Shown: one piece after another, positions 21,675 to 31,627 of the stretch
Layout: each line of letters begins with the position of its first letter
Numbering within the stretch: the first letter of the stretch is position 1
Assembly: GCA_900128395.1 (NCBI GenBank)
Contig: LT649324.1
Coordinates: forward strand, 1-37,557
Length of the DNA stretch: 37,557 bases
From: Stramenopiles sp. TOSAG23-2
Taxonomy: Eukaryota
Reading direction: 5' to 3'
Position numbers and translations under genes: made by a program
The notes under the pieces: generated by a model
Seen by the model: only the letters and a program-made list of their open reading frames with translations
What the model was told of the DNA's origin: nothing
Databases searched by the model: none

Positions 21675-22694
21675 TTACGAAGTCCAACCTTTGACTTCAC
21701 TCCAATCGTTATCAGCAGTCGTCCATTCTACTCTAGATGATTCGGGTATTTCAATAAAATCTTTATTCAATGATGATGTCTTTTTCTTTTTCTTCCTCGC
21801 TCGTTTTCGTCTTTTAGTACTGCTGTTGCTGCTGCTATTATTTGTGGTGTTCATACTATGATCTATGGTTTCTTTACTTAAATTATCATTTACAGCAGTA
21901 GCAGAAGTTGATAGCGTCGAATCTTTTGAAAGTTCTGCTTCCATTTCTATTTGTTTTTCCTGTTCTACCTTTGAAAATAATCTACCATTCACTTGTGGAC
22001 AAAATACATAAGTTAGACTTTTTTTTGAATCTACTTCTTTGGCATCAAGGAGTGTAGTTTGATGTACATAAGTTGGCCATAGTTTTTCCATGAATTTTTT
22101 TTTTTTCACCAATACAAGTCCTGCAGATTTAGCAGATTCGACATGTCTCCACTCAGTATATGGAAGAAAATTTTTCATTGTCAAGAAATAATAGCATCTT
22201 CGTTTAATATTTAAATAAAATGCAGATGATAAAAACGCCTCTCGAATCAAATTCCTATTAAGGTGCGTTCTTTGTTCACCCGTGTGAGGATAATTAAATA
22301 CTATGGCATCAAATTTTTTATTATCAATAAACTGAGATAGTATTGTCGCATCAACACCGTGTCTCACAATAACATTAGGAAATTTTTTTATTTTATCTAC
22401 AAAATTATTATGATATTTTTCCTTCACTGTTTTATATGAATCATATGTCGTCGCCATGACCAATTTAAATGGTTTACGCGGATGTGTCTTCTTTCTTTGT
22501 ATTAAAATAGCGTTGGAAAAACTCATATCCCCTTCCCCAAGAATCAATAAACTTTCACAGTTGTTAAAATCATTAATATTAAATGCTTTGTTATTTTTAT
22601 TATTATGACCACTACTACTACCATCACTCATATTCTTCCTCTTCCGCTTCTTCTTTGAATTATTTTGTCTGCCATCTAGTGTATTATCAAACAT
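21675..22694 (-). CDS. DUF2431 / Bmt5-like rRNA (uracil-N3) methyltransferase domain protein
   Basis: 'LLILGEGDMSFS', 'ATTYDS', 'HGVDAT', 'FDAIVFNYPHTG', 'NRNLIREAFLSS' match DUF2431 (Bmt5/FDXACB1). Basic NLS-like stretches at both ends. First ATG at 22694. Confidence 0.85.
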   Translation of the reverse strand: MFDNTLDGRQNNSKKKRKRKNMSDGSSSGHNNKNNKAFNINDFNNCESLLILGEGDMSFSNAILIQRKKTHPRKPFKLVMATTYDSYKTVKEKYHNNFVDKIKKFPNVIVRHGVDATILSQFIDNKKFDAIVFNYPHTGEQRTHLNRNLIREAFLSSAFYLNIKRRCYYFLTMKNFLPYTEWRHVESAKSAGLVLVKKKKFMEKLWPTYVHQTTLLDAKEVDSKKSLTYVFCPQVNGRLFSKVEQEKQIEMEAELSKDSTLSTSATAVNDNLSKETIDHSMNTTNNSSSNSSTKRRKRARKKKKKTSSLNKDFIEIPESSRVEWTTADNDWSEVKGWTS

Positions 22695-22905
22695 TATTAG
22701 AAAATATAGTATTATGCAACGCGGTAGGTCACAAGCCCTATAACTTTTCACTTTTGTGTTTTAGAATATTTCCCGTATATTAATGTTTTTATTTCAAAGA
22801 AAGATCTTATTATACTGTGTTGCTATTGCGCTATTTATTATTATTACATCTGTATATATATTTATTATATTATATATAATAAGAAATTATTATTTGACTA
22901 TCCCG

Positions 22906-22907
<2 letters not shown>

Positions 22908-22940
<33 letters not shown>
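22908..22940. repeat. (AAT)11 microsatellite
   Basis: Perfect trinucleotide run read directly. Confidence 0.85.
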
Positions 22941-22941
<1 letters not shown>

Positions 22942-23103
22942 TTTTAATATGATCGCCAATCAATCCCCCGGCCTTCCCATCAGCTGAGATTTCCAGGAGC
23001 GGTGGTGCGGTGTGGTAGACCTGGTAGAGCTACACAACTGCTGAGATGATACGGTGATGTGTACTCTAACTCTGGTACTGTCGTCTGTAGCAGGCTGGGC
23101 AGG

Positions 23104-23480
23104 CCCAGTTAATTTTTTTCACAGGACGATACTTTAGCATTGGAATAGCATAGAGGTCCAAAATATCGCATGAAAAAGTATCGTCCTGTGATGCTGTGTC
23201 CATGCTAGATAAAAGATGAAAAAATGAGATTTATCGTTCGATAAAATTGTTCTAAATTTTGGGAATCTGAAAATATAAATATGGAAATCATGATATTTAA
23301 AAGTTTTTCTAACTATAATAATTATTTATTATATTTAATATTTACGGATATTTTTATAGTATATTTCATGTATGCCATAAAATTGGAATATTTGGCAGGA
23401 CGATACTTTTTCATGCGATATTTTGGACCTCCATGCTATTCCGATGCTAAAGTATCGTCCTGTGAAAAAAATTGACTGGG
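23104..23480. mobile_element. MITE / non-autonomous DNA transposon, 377 bp, 85 bp terminal inverted repeats
   Basis: 23104-23188 is the reverse complement of 23396-23480 with 3 mismatches; ends CCCAGT...ACTGGG; CAGG directly flanks both ends (23100-23103, 23481-23484); AT-rich non-coding interior. Confidence 0.85.
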
Positions 23481-23830
23481 CAGGCCGGGCCCTTAATAAT
23501 TATGCATCCTGCATCCTGAAACCTTAGTACATATCATATCGATAGGATAAATTTTCATATTGTAATTAGTATAAATATTATTATCGTTTAAATTCCTTAA
23601 TAGATATTTCTCGGAACTCGGAACTCGGAACAAAACTATTATTATTATTACTGCTGGACTGGACTGTGCCTGGACTGGTGGACTAAATACATACAGTACA
23701 CTGTAAGAAAATTATTATTTAAAATGATATATATTTAAATGAAAAAAATAGAAAAGATAAAGGATAAACCAAAAATTGGAAGCAAAGTTTATTTTTGTTT
23801 CCTTTTTTTCTATATTTTCAATCGTCCATA

Positions 23831-24979
23831 ATGGTACTTAGAGGATCAAAAATTAAACCAGATGACTCCCTAGAAGATGCTCAATTGGCTATTAAAAGGG
23901 CTAATAAATATTTAAGACAAACAAGAAAAGAATTAGAAAAAGCCAAAAATGTTGGAATTGATACTTTAAAAACAATAGAAAGGAAAGATTCTGATGGTAC
24001 AAGTATCGTAACAAAGGCAGAGCTTACTGACATTTTAGGTGTGCTGTTAGATACCATTAGAAAACAGGAAGAAGAAAAAAGGAGGGCAGAAATTGCTGTG
24101 AGAAATGCAAATGAAAATTTACGAAAAACTCTTTTGCAGTTACTTTGTGGTGGAATAGCAGGTGCAACAGCACGTTCTTTTGTTGCGCCGATTGATCGTG
24201 TAAAAATATTGATGCAAACACAGCAATTAACTGTGAAAGATGGAAAGCAACGCTATAATTCTGTTATGCAATCGTTGCGGTATATTGTGCAAAATGAAGG
24301 TATTTCTAAATTATGGCGAGGAAATGGCACGAATTGCATTCGTGTTTTTCCGTACGCAGCGACACAATTTGTTAGCTACGATAAATATAAAGCTATGCTT
24401 TTATTAGAGGGTGGAACTATGACCATCTTTCGTAGACTATTTGCTGGGGCATTAGCCGGAGCAACTGCAACGTCGTTGACGCACCCATTGGATGTTGTTC
24501 GACTTCGTTTATCCGTCCAGCCAGAATTGCATGGTTTTAAAGGAGCAATACGTAGTGTCTACATGGAGCAAGGTATGAAAACGTTTTTCAAAGGTTATAG
24601 TGCTACACTTTTAAGTCTAGCGCCATTCATTGCCATAAATTTCGCAACGTTTGATCAATTAAAATTTGTAACATATAAAACATTTCCAATATTGGAAGAT
24701 AATATAGGTGTAACATTAGGATTAGGTGCTTGTGCAGGATTGTTTGCGCAATCAATTTGCTTTCCTTTAGATACAATACGACGCCGTATGCAATTACCTG
24801 GTCAACACTATTCATCTGTATTGAATGCTTTTAAAACAGTTTTTCAAACGGAAGGTATGAAAGGATTTTATAAAGGAATGGCACCAAATGCAATAAAAGT
24901 TATACCTAATAATGCAATAAGATTTGTAGTATATGATTATTTGAAAACACGTTACCAATTGAAATCAAAAAGAAAATAG
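23831..24979 (+). CDS. Mitochondrial carrier family (SLC25) protein, adenine nucleotide/CoA carrier-like, with N-terminal coiled coil
   Basis: Three Px[DE]xx[KR] signatures (PIDRVK, PLDVVR, PLDTIR), 'LWRGNGTNCIRVFPYAATQF', 'RRRMQ', 'GFYKG'. First ATG at 23831. Confidence 0.92.
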   Translation: MVLRGSKIKPDDSLEDAQLAIKRANKYLRQTRKELEKAKNVGIDTLKTIERKDSDGTSIVTKAELTDILGVLLDTIRKQEEEKRRAEIAVRNANENLRKTLLQLLCGGIAGATARSFVAPIDRVKILMQTQQLTVKDGKQRYNSVMQSLRYIVQNEGISKLWRGNGTNCIRVFPYAATQFVSYDKYKAMLLLEGGTMTIFRRLFAGALAGATATSLTHPLDVVRLRLSVQPELHGFKGAIRSVYMEQGMKTFFKGYSATLLSLAPFIAINFATFDQLKFVTYKTFPILEDNIGVTLGLGACAGLFAQSICFPLDTIRRRMQLPGQHYSSVLNAFKTVFQTEGMKGFYKGMAPNAIKVIPNNAIRFVVYDYLKTRYQLKSKRK

Positions 24980-25195
24980 CATTTATAATGTATATACATG
25001 TATATTTATAGAATATTAAGCAAATGAGCATGAAACATATATTACACAATGTAAAATTAGGAGGTATACTTTTGAGGATCGGAGAGTATTTAATATTATA
25101 CACAGTAATTATGTATTATTTGAGTGCAGAGCTTTTTTTGACCTGAAAGTTTTTTTAGGGCTTACATTTCCATCACCAATCCTATATTAAGTATA

Positions 25196-25394
25196 ATTTT
25201 ACATACACTATTTCAGGGTACTTTTCCTATAAAGAGGTAAATAACAAAACGTAAAGTTCCCATGTTCCCATGTATGAAAAATAAAATAGAGTCTATTTTA
25301 CATACACTATTTCAGGGTACTTTTCCTATAAAGAGGTAAATAACAAAACGTAAAGTTCCCATGTTCCCATGTATGAAAAATAAAATAGAGTCTA
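25196..25394. repeat. Perfect tandem duplication, 2 x 99 bp
   Basis: 'acatacactatttcagggtac...aaaatagagtcta' begins at 25201 and again at 25300 with no mismatches seen. Confidence 0.92.
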
Positions 25395-25753
25395 AAAACA
25401 CTCTCTATGAATCTACATTAGTATGATACATATCATACTATCATAAAGATCCCCATATAGGCTCAACAACATATCATGCGTTGCGTATTATAACATTTAA
25501 CATTAGGTTTACACGGTGCCCTCGTCTATTTCGTGCACTTCACTCTTGAGGAGTGAAGCGACGAATAAAATTAGTTTAGGTTTAAAGAAAAGTCTAGGAC
25601 CTGCTTATAGACTTACAAAATATAAGAAAAAAATATGGTGCCGGGTCGGAAGAATATCAAAAGGCACTGGCGAGTTTAAAATAATAATTACATACTGTAC
25701 TTTCTAACCTATCTATCAACTACGAACGTACAATACTCGTATGTTTGTACTTA

Positions 25754-25771
25754 CAGAGAGGATCCTCTCTG
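25754..25771. repeat. 18 bp perfect palindrome CAGAGAGGATCCTCTCTG flanked by GTACTTA direct repeats
   Basis: Read directly; GTACTTA at 25747-25753 and 25772-25778; same 16 bp core recurs at 34334-34349. Confidence 0.8.
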
Positions 25772-26372
25772 GTACTTAGTCTATTTATATTAGCATAAAT
25801 AGTAAAAAAATGGTAGTATATATTATAGTAGGTACGAACTCGTAATAGTTGTTATATACAGCATATTTGTTGCTTGTTCTTGTTATTTTAATTTCATTTT
25901 AATGCTGTGTCTATGTCCGTATTAATGAAATTAATACTTTTAAATGTTTTTAAGCCTTCAGCCTTTTTTTTTTTTTACTTTTTACCTTGCTGGCTGGCTG
26001 GCTTTTAGTTTGCTGTTACTGTATGACTATTATATTAAAATATTAATATTCTGGACTATTAATAAATACTCGTATGCTGGTATGCCTGTGGCCAGCCAGC
26101 CAGCTGGTACACGCACTTGTCTTTTTTTTTTTCCAGATTTTTTATTATTAGCATTTACATGTATGGGTGCGTATAAATACAATCATACATATTTATTACA
26201 AGCTTTTAATCATAAGCTGCTTGAGCAAATCTTGTCAAACGGTTAAATATAAATATAGATGATACAAGGGACATGTTTTTTGACCTGGATACTTGTACAC
26301 ACGATCAACAGATACAATAAAACAAACCTGTTCCACCTGCTGCGAAAACGTGATTTATAAGATATAGATAAT

Positions 26373-29273
26373 ATGTTTCGAAAATCTTCTAAAACGAAAC
26401 AAGATATTGATGAGGACGAGGAACAGCCATATAGATGGGTTGATATGTTCCAATTTATAACTCGTTCAAATTTTGATAATGAATCTGAAGATTACACATA
26501 TTTACAAATAATGTTTGTGTTGTTCAATGGTGGTATTATTAATGACGAAGATTCGAAGCCATTGTATGTATCAAATTCAGAAACTTACAACAAAGGATTG
26601 AAAATATTAAAGAATACGCAAAAAAATATACAAAAAGTAATGCCAGATAATAACCATTACATTGCAATATTAAATGCTGTAATAGATATCTTAGATCGAA
26701 CTGATTATCTTTCATATCAACCGCTTCTTCATACTATGATATTATTGTCTAAAATTTATGATGCATTGGTTATGACAACTGCGTATACATATTATGGCAT
26801 TTCTTACCCAGGATATCGTTATTTCAATCCTAAGACAGGATATTTAAGTAATACTTTAGTTAATGTACAAAAAAAGGCAACTAAAAAATTATTTGGTGGC
26901 CAAAGTGATGCGAATGATAAAGATCATATTGCAACTACACGTGTAGCTGTTCAATTCCAAAATGTCATGGAGTATATGGATGATCATATAGATAGTGAAC
27001 ATATAACAGAGTATATTCAAATGGAAAATAAAGAAAGAGAAAAGGAAGATAATAGGCAACGATCGGAACATATACTAGTTAAATCAGAAGTACTCGAGGA
27101 ACTAGAAAAAAGATTACGATTGAGTTTTAAAAAAAGATTTGAATCTTTTGTAAAAAATGATAAACATGGTATTGAAAGTGTGCACTTTATCGATTTTGTA
27201 CGTAAAGCCAATATCATGAAAACGGATAGAAGCAAATTTAAAATTAAGAAAGAAAAAACATTAGAAAAACAAAGTTCCGGGTTTCGTGGGTTGAAAAAAA
27301 GTAAAAAGACAGCACTAAATGTGCTTTGGGGTATTAAAAAAAAATGTTCCTATCCGAATTGTAAAGGTGAATTTTCTAAACGAAAATGGGTTCGTAATAC
27401 TTTTTTCAACGATGTCTACTGTCCCACATGCATGGATAAGAATTTAAAAAAAAAAACTAAAAAATGGAAGAAAAAAGTTGGTCGTATGAATAAAAAAAGA
27501 ACGAAAAATAATCCAGAAGAGGAAGAAGAACAACATGATGATGATGATGATGATGATGGCCTCGTAGACAACAATGTAAATGATGTGGATCCATATAAAT
27601 GTAATATAGAGGGTGGAGAAGATGTTTACGAATTTGTGTTCGATGGGCATTTAAAAACAGCATATGTCATCATCAATAATGAAGATAAAATTGATGATAA
27701 AAAAACTATTAAAAAAAAGAAAGCAAAAGTTGAAGAATTGAAAGTGGAAATGGATGCAATATTAACAAAAGTCGCATATATCGATGATGGAAAATCAAAA
27801 ATGGTAGCATTGAGAAATGTTATTAAATCTGCAAATGGTATTTTAGACAAGGCATTTAAGAAAAATCATGACTGGAGAAAACGATTGCTTTTAATTGATC
27901 ATTTTGATGGGAGAGTATCAAATAAAGGGCCGTTTAATAATGGTGATATGGTCATTTATCAAAATCAAAATAGCCATACATATAAAGAAGGTATGGTTTT
28001 AAAACGACAAAAAAAGGTACCTGCCCGTCAACAGAACTCCAATGAAGGTAGTGATAAGAAGCTCCCAAAGCCATTGAGCTATTTGGATGAAAATGGAAAT
28101 CTGGTTGAAGACAAAGCAGCGAAATATATTTTATTGATTAATGGGATAGAAACCCCTGTTTATAGCTCGCGTGCCGTGAAAAACCATCATGTTACAATTT
28201 TTTCGTACATGCGACATTTTTTTAAAAATGACTCAATTGGTAATAGAATCTCTGGAGCATTTTCTAATTTTGGGGAAGATGATAGTGATTTACACCATGT
28301 CAGCAGAAAACAATTTTGCATTGAATTAACTAAATGCTTATCGATGGTAGATAAGCTTGATTGGTCGCAAAGTTGTCAAGAAAAGTATCTTAGTTTTGTA
28401 ATCGAAACGTTAATTGAGGTAGAGAAAATATATATTGTAAGATTATTATCAGAAGAAATACATAGTGAGTTGAAGAAAAGAACATCTCAAAAAATAACGA
28501 CACATGGCCTTGGTACACTTGCATATGTAATGACCGGGGAACACAAGAATTTTACAGATTTGAATAAGTATATAAAAATAGCTGATAACGATAATGATGG
28601 TTATTTATCATCGAGTGACTTTGTACGGTTTGGTGCACGACCTTTGCTGGAGCAATATGTGACTGATGACGGTACAGTAGGCGATGGACTAGGCAATAAT
28701 GCCAATGCAAAAGGCAAAAAGAAAAATATTAGTAAAACTGAGAGTGCCAAAATCAATACTAGTAAAAATGAAAGCGTGAATACTAAACCAGTAATGAAAG
28801 GCGATACTGCGAATATTATTGGAGAGGAAAAAACAACTGACGCCGATGTAAAGAAAAAGGATTTTAAAAGTGAAATTGAAAAAGTAGTGACTTACGATAA
28901 CTTTCCAATATTACAAAAGGAGATTATTAATAGAGTTCGTAGATTGAAAGGTATTCATAATCCGGTCTCTGTTACAGGTGTCGAAAATAATATAGAAGAA
29001 ATTGAAAATCATTATGTAGAACTTTCTAGAGTAATGCTACGAGAAGACGAAGTCGAAGAAAAAATTTTAGAATATGAGCGTAAATTTGATATTCACGAAA
29101 ATATGGGAAAAGATGAAATTGCCAATAGACGGATGATGCTATATAAACGCTGTGAAACTTTAAACATTATGTATGGTTGGTGCAATCCAAAATATTGGGA
29201 GTATGATCACGATTTAGAATTGTATGCGGCAATGGCTGAGGAGCAAGTGAGAAGAGAACATGGAGAAGCATAA
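26373..29273 (+). CDS. Uncharacterised 966 aa protein (possible Zn knuckle, SH3/Tudor-like segment and single EF-hand loop)
   Basis: Long ATG-initiated ORF in AT-rich DNA; CxxxxC...CxxC at 27345-27431; 'PFNNGDMVIY......YKEGMV'; DNDNDGYLSSSD at 28584-28619. No family recognised. Confidence 0.75.
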   Translation: MFRKSSKTKQDIDEDEEQPYRWVDMFQFITRSNFDNESEDYTYLQIMFVLFNGGIINDEDSKPLYVSNSETYNKGLKILKNTQKNIQKVMPDNNHYIAILNAVIDILDRTDYLSYQPLLHTMILLSKIYDALVMTTAYTYYGISYPGYRYFNPKTGYLSNTLVNVQKKATKKLFGGQSDANDKDHIATTRVAVQFQNVMEYMDDHIDSEHITEYIQMENKEREKEDNRQRSEHILVKSEVLEELEKRLRLSFKKRFESFVKNDKHGIESVHFIDFVRKANIMKTDRSKFKIKKEKTLEKQSSGFRGLKKSKKTALNVLWGIKKKCSYPNCKGEFSKRKWVRNTFFNDVYCPTCMDKNLKKKTKKWKKKVGRMNKKRTKNNPEEEEEQHDDDDDDDGLVDNNVNDVDPYKCNIEGGEDVYEFVFDGHLKTAYVIINNEDKIDDKKTIKKKKAKVEELKVEMDAILTKVAYIDDGKSKMVALRNVIKSANGILDKAFKKNHDWRKRLLLIDHFDGRVSNKGPFNNGDMVIYQNQNSHTYKEGMVLKRQKKVPARQQNSNEGSDKKLPKPLSYLDENGNLVEDKAAKYILLINGIETPVYSSRAVKNHHVTIFSYMRHFFKNDSIGNRISGAFSNFGEDDSDLHHVSRKQFCIELTKCLSMVDKLDWSQSCQEKYLSFVIETLIEVEKIYIVRLLSEEIHSELKKRTSQKITTHGLGTLAYVMTGEHKNFTDLNKYIKIADNDNDGYLSSSDFVRFGARPLLEQYVTDDGTVGDGLGNNANAKGKKKNISKTESAKINTSKNESVNTKPVMKGDTANIIGEEKTTDADVKKKDFKSEIEKVVTYDNFPILQKEIINRVRRLKGIHNPVSVTGVENNIEEIENHYVELSRVMLREDEVEEKILEYERKFDIHENMGKDEIANRRMMLYKRCETLNIMYGWCNPKYWEYDHDLELYAAMAEEQVRREHGEA

Positions 29274-29389
29274 AAAAAGAGTGTGTGTCAATAAATATAC
29301 GAAGTATGATACGAGCTCATATTGAGATATTTATTTTTACGTATGCATATGTATGCATAGTATCATACGGCCATCGTCCATCATTCTCT

Positions 29390-30340
29390 CTATTGATTTT
29401 CTTTTGTTGGTTCTTTCATACCAGCTGTACGCTCAGCACCAGGTGTACGTATTGGACCAGTCGGTCTACCACTATATGCTGAATTAGGCTTTATACAATT
29501 CCTTATTACCATCATGAACACAATCATTATAGTTGGAAAATATTTTTGGAGAAAACCTGGTTGACTAACTGCACCAGCTCCAAAATATTTTGTTCCAACA
29601 ATAGTTATTGATTCCTTTTGCGTGGAAGAGGAACCAATTGGATGTACACTTAATATAAATTGATCTGGTCGTGTTATTATAAATTGATACCAACAGTTGT
29701 CTTCTTCTCCATGCCAATAGCCTTCGCTCATATGTATATCTGGTGGTGCTTTCTGATTGCCCTCAGATAGTAATGCTGGTATTTTCTTGAAATCAAAATC
29801 GAATAATGTTGCCATGTTACTATTTATTTCACTATCCTCCGATTCCTCATCAAACCCATCTCCATCGTCAGCAGCATTATTGTCACCGGTTAAAAATGAG
29901 CCGCTATTACCATTTCCATCATATCTTACTCGTAATTTTAACATGTTTATATGTCGAATTTTTTCAGCATTTATGTATTCTTCTTCGTAATATTTACCGA
30001 CTAAAGCATTTGTTAAGTTATCGCTACGTAAACTGTAAAATGCAACTTGAAAAGTTATTTCACCGTCTTCCCCGTCCGAATCTGATGGTAAAGCACCGAA
30101 AAGATCTTCCTCATCATCTTCACTCGTATCATCTGTTTCTTTGGGATTCTCTACACCAGAAGACGAGCCGTCAATAATTGCGGCCGTCTTTTTCTGTAAT
30201 TTCCAATCACCCTCAAAAAAAGTTCTAAACGTGAATTGAGTGTCTTTCTTTGCACCAAATATTGAAAAGATTGAACTATCCACGTGCAAAATGGAAGTAA
30301 ATAATATGATTCCACTAAATAATAGTACGATATTTTTCAT
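29390..30340 (-). CDS. Secretory-pathway type I membrane protein of unknown function (C-terminus reminiscent of EMC10)
   Basis: Signal peptide MKNIVLLFSGIILFTSILHVDS; beta-rich luminal part with acidic loops; C-terminal 'PGFLQKYFPTIMIVFMMVI' TM helix and short tail. Confidence 0.7.
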   Translation of the reverse strand: MKNIVLLFSGIILFTSILHVDSSIFSIFGAKKDTQFTFRTFFEGDWKLQKKTAAIIDGSSSGVENPKETDDTSEDDEEDLFGALPSDSDGEDGEITFQVAFYSLRSDNLTNALVGKYYEEEYINAEKIRHINMLKLRVRYDGNGNSGSFLTGDNNAADDGDGFDEESEDSEINSNMATLFDFDFKKIPALLSEGNQKAPPDIHMSEGYWHGEEDNCWYQFIITRPDQFILSVHPIGSSSTQKESITIVGTKYFGAGAVSQPGFLQKYFPTIMIVFMMVIRNCIKPNSAYSGRPTGPIRTPGAERTAGMKEPTKENQ

Positions 30341-30850
30341 GATTTTTGCTCCTTTTCGTCTATATGTATTTAAATGTATGTATAGGCATAGGCATAGGTA
30401 TGTATAGATATAGATATCGTCAAAAGTTCAATAGCGTTTTTACATATGTAATGTAATATAATACTTTCTATAACTTGTTTATGTTTTATAATATTTATTT
30501 ATTCATTAAATTATTATTCCTCCTGTGGTGGAGGAATTTCGTTCATCATCAGCACAAGCGAAGTAAGAAGAACTCTGGAACTCTGGGAAAACTCAGCAAC
30601 TAAAACCAAGTATAATATTATTCTACCATTAGAATTATATGGGAGGGAAATCCTGGAAATCCCTTAAAGAATGAAGAAATTGTTGTTGTTGATGAGTGGT
30701 GTTTTGTTGAAGTGGTGTTGAAAGTTGAATATATTATATATTTTTTTTATCAGTTGCAGTATATATATACTGGTATACAATTGGAAATATGAATAGAAAG
30801 AAATTTTATTTGTGTTTAAAAGTATTAAAGCAGCAAGGAAACATAATACA

Positions 30851-31627
30851 ATGGACCATTATGAGGAACCTTCAACATATATACATGGCGTTGGAAATGA
30901 AGTGATAATCTTCCTAATGATATGTACAATTGTTTGGGCAACAATTGGCATTTATATATATTATAAAATATGCCATAATAGAAATGCAACAATAGAAGCT
31001 ATACTAAGTGATGAATTTAGAAGCTTAATTAGAACACAAAGAAGTGAGAATACTACCGATAATAATAATGATAATGCCAGCTTGCGTCCACCTAGTAGAA
31101 ATTATGGAAATGAAAATTGCCCTATATGTTTAGATACACTGTCCAATATTTCTATTACAACCAATTGTGGTCATGTTTTTGACTTAACTTGTTTTGGAGC
31201 ATTTTGGGAGCATCAATATCGTACTACAAATTTATCATGCCCTTGTTGCCGTACAAGAGTCAATATGATTCACCCAAATTTTGATATTGCACAATTTCCG
31301 CGTGAATTTCAGCATGTGGGTCGTTACAATCGCTCATGTGGTGGTATACCACGTACATTCAGCGAGATTATTTTTGATATGCCAGAGTTGATAAGACAAT
31401 TGAGAAATGCATTTTTTTCAAGGGATCTGTTATCAATAGCTTTTAAATTACGAATTTGTTGCCTTGGCATTATTGGATTTTTGTACCTTCTCTCTCCATT
31501 GGATCTAATACCTGAAGTAATTTTTGGTATATTTGGATATGTTGATGATATATTGTTATGGTTTATCGTTTTATGGATAATGACATCTCAATTCAGAAAT
31601 AGATTGCAAAGTTTGTGGAACGATTAA
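30851..31627 (+). CDS. RNF170: RNF170-like ER membrane RING-HC E3 ubiquitin ligase
   Basis: N-terminal 'IHGVGNEV' plus TM, RING 'CPIC...TNCGHVF..C...CPCCR', 'RYNR..GG.PR......DMP.L.R', DUF1232 motif 'YLLSPLDLIPE.IFGIFGYVDD'. First ATG at 30851. Confidence 0.9.
   Translation: MDHYEEPSTYIHGVGNEVIIFLMICTIVWATIGIYIYYKICHNRNATIEAILSDEFRSLIRTQRSENTTDNNNDNASLRPPSRNYGNENCPICLDTLSNISITTNCGHVFDLTCFGAFWEHQYRTTNLSCPCCRTRVNMIHPNFDIAQFPREFQHVGRYNRSCGGIPRTFSEIIFDMPELIRQLRNAFFSRDLLSIAFKLRICCLGIIGFLYLLSPLDLIPEVIFGIFGYVDDILLWFIVLWIMTSQFRNRLQSLWND

Noticed and set aside
23281-23475. 64 aa ORF inside the MITE
   Set aside because: Low-complexity AT-rich translation running into the TIR; no transposase motifs.
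23104-23480. Four copies of CAGGACGATACTTT as a possible CRISPR array or integron attC sites
   Set aside because: Copies alternate in orientation, the sequences between them are themselves inverted duplicates, there are no cas or integrase genes and the context is eukaryotic; TIR structure explains it.
23610-23631. (CTCGGAA)3 short tandem repeat
   Set aside because: Three units only, consistent with slippage; a heat-shock-element-like reading could not be supported.
25944-26246. 100 aa hydrophobic ORF upstream of the 966 aa gene
   Set aside because: Hydrophobicity derives from poly-T tracts in promoter-like DNA; no family features.
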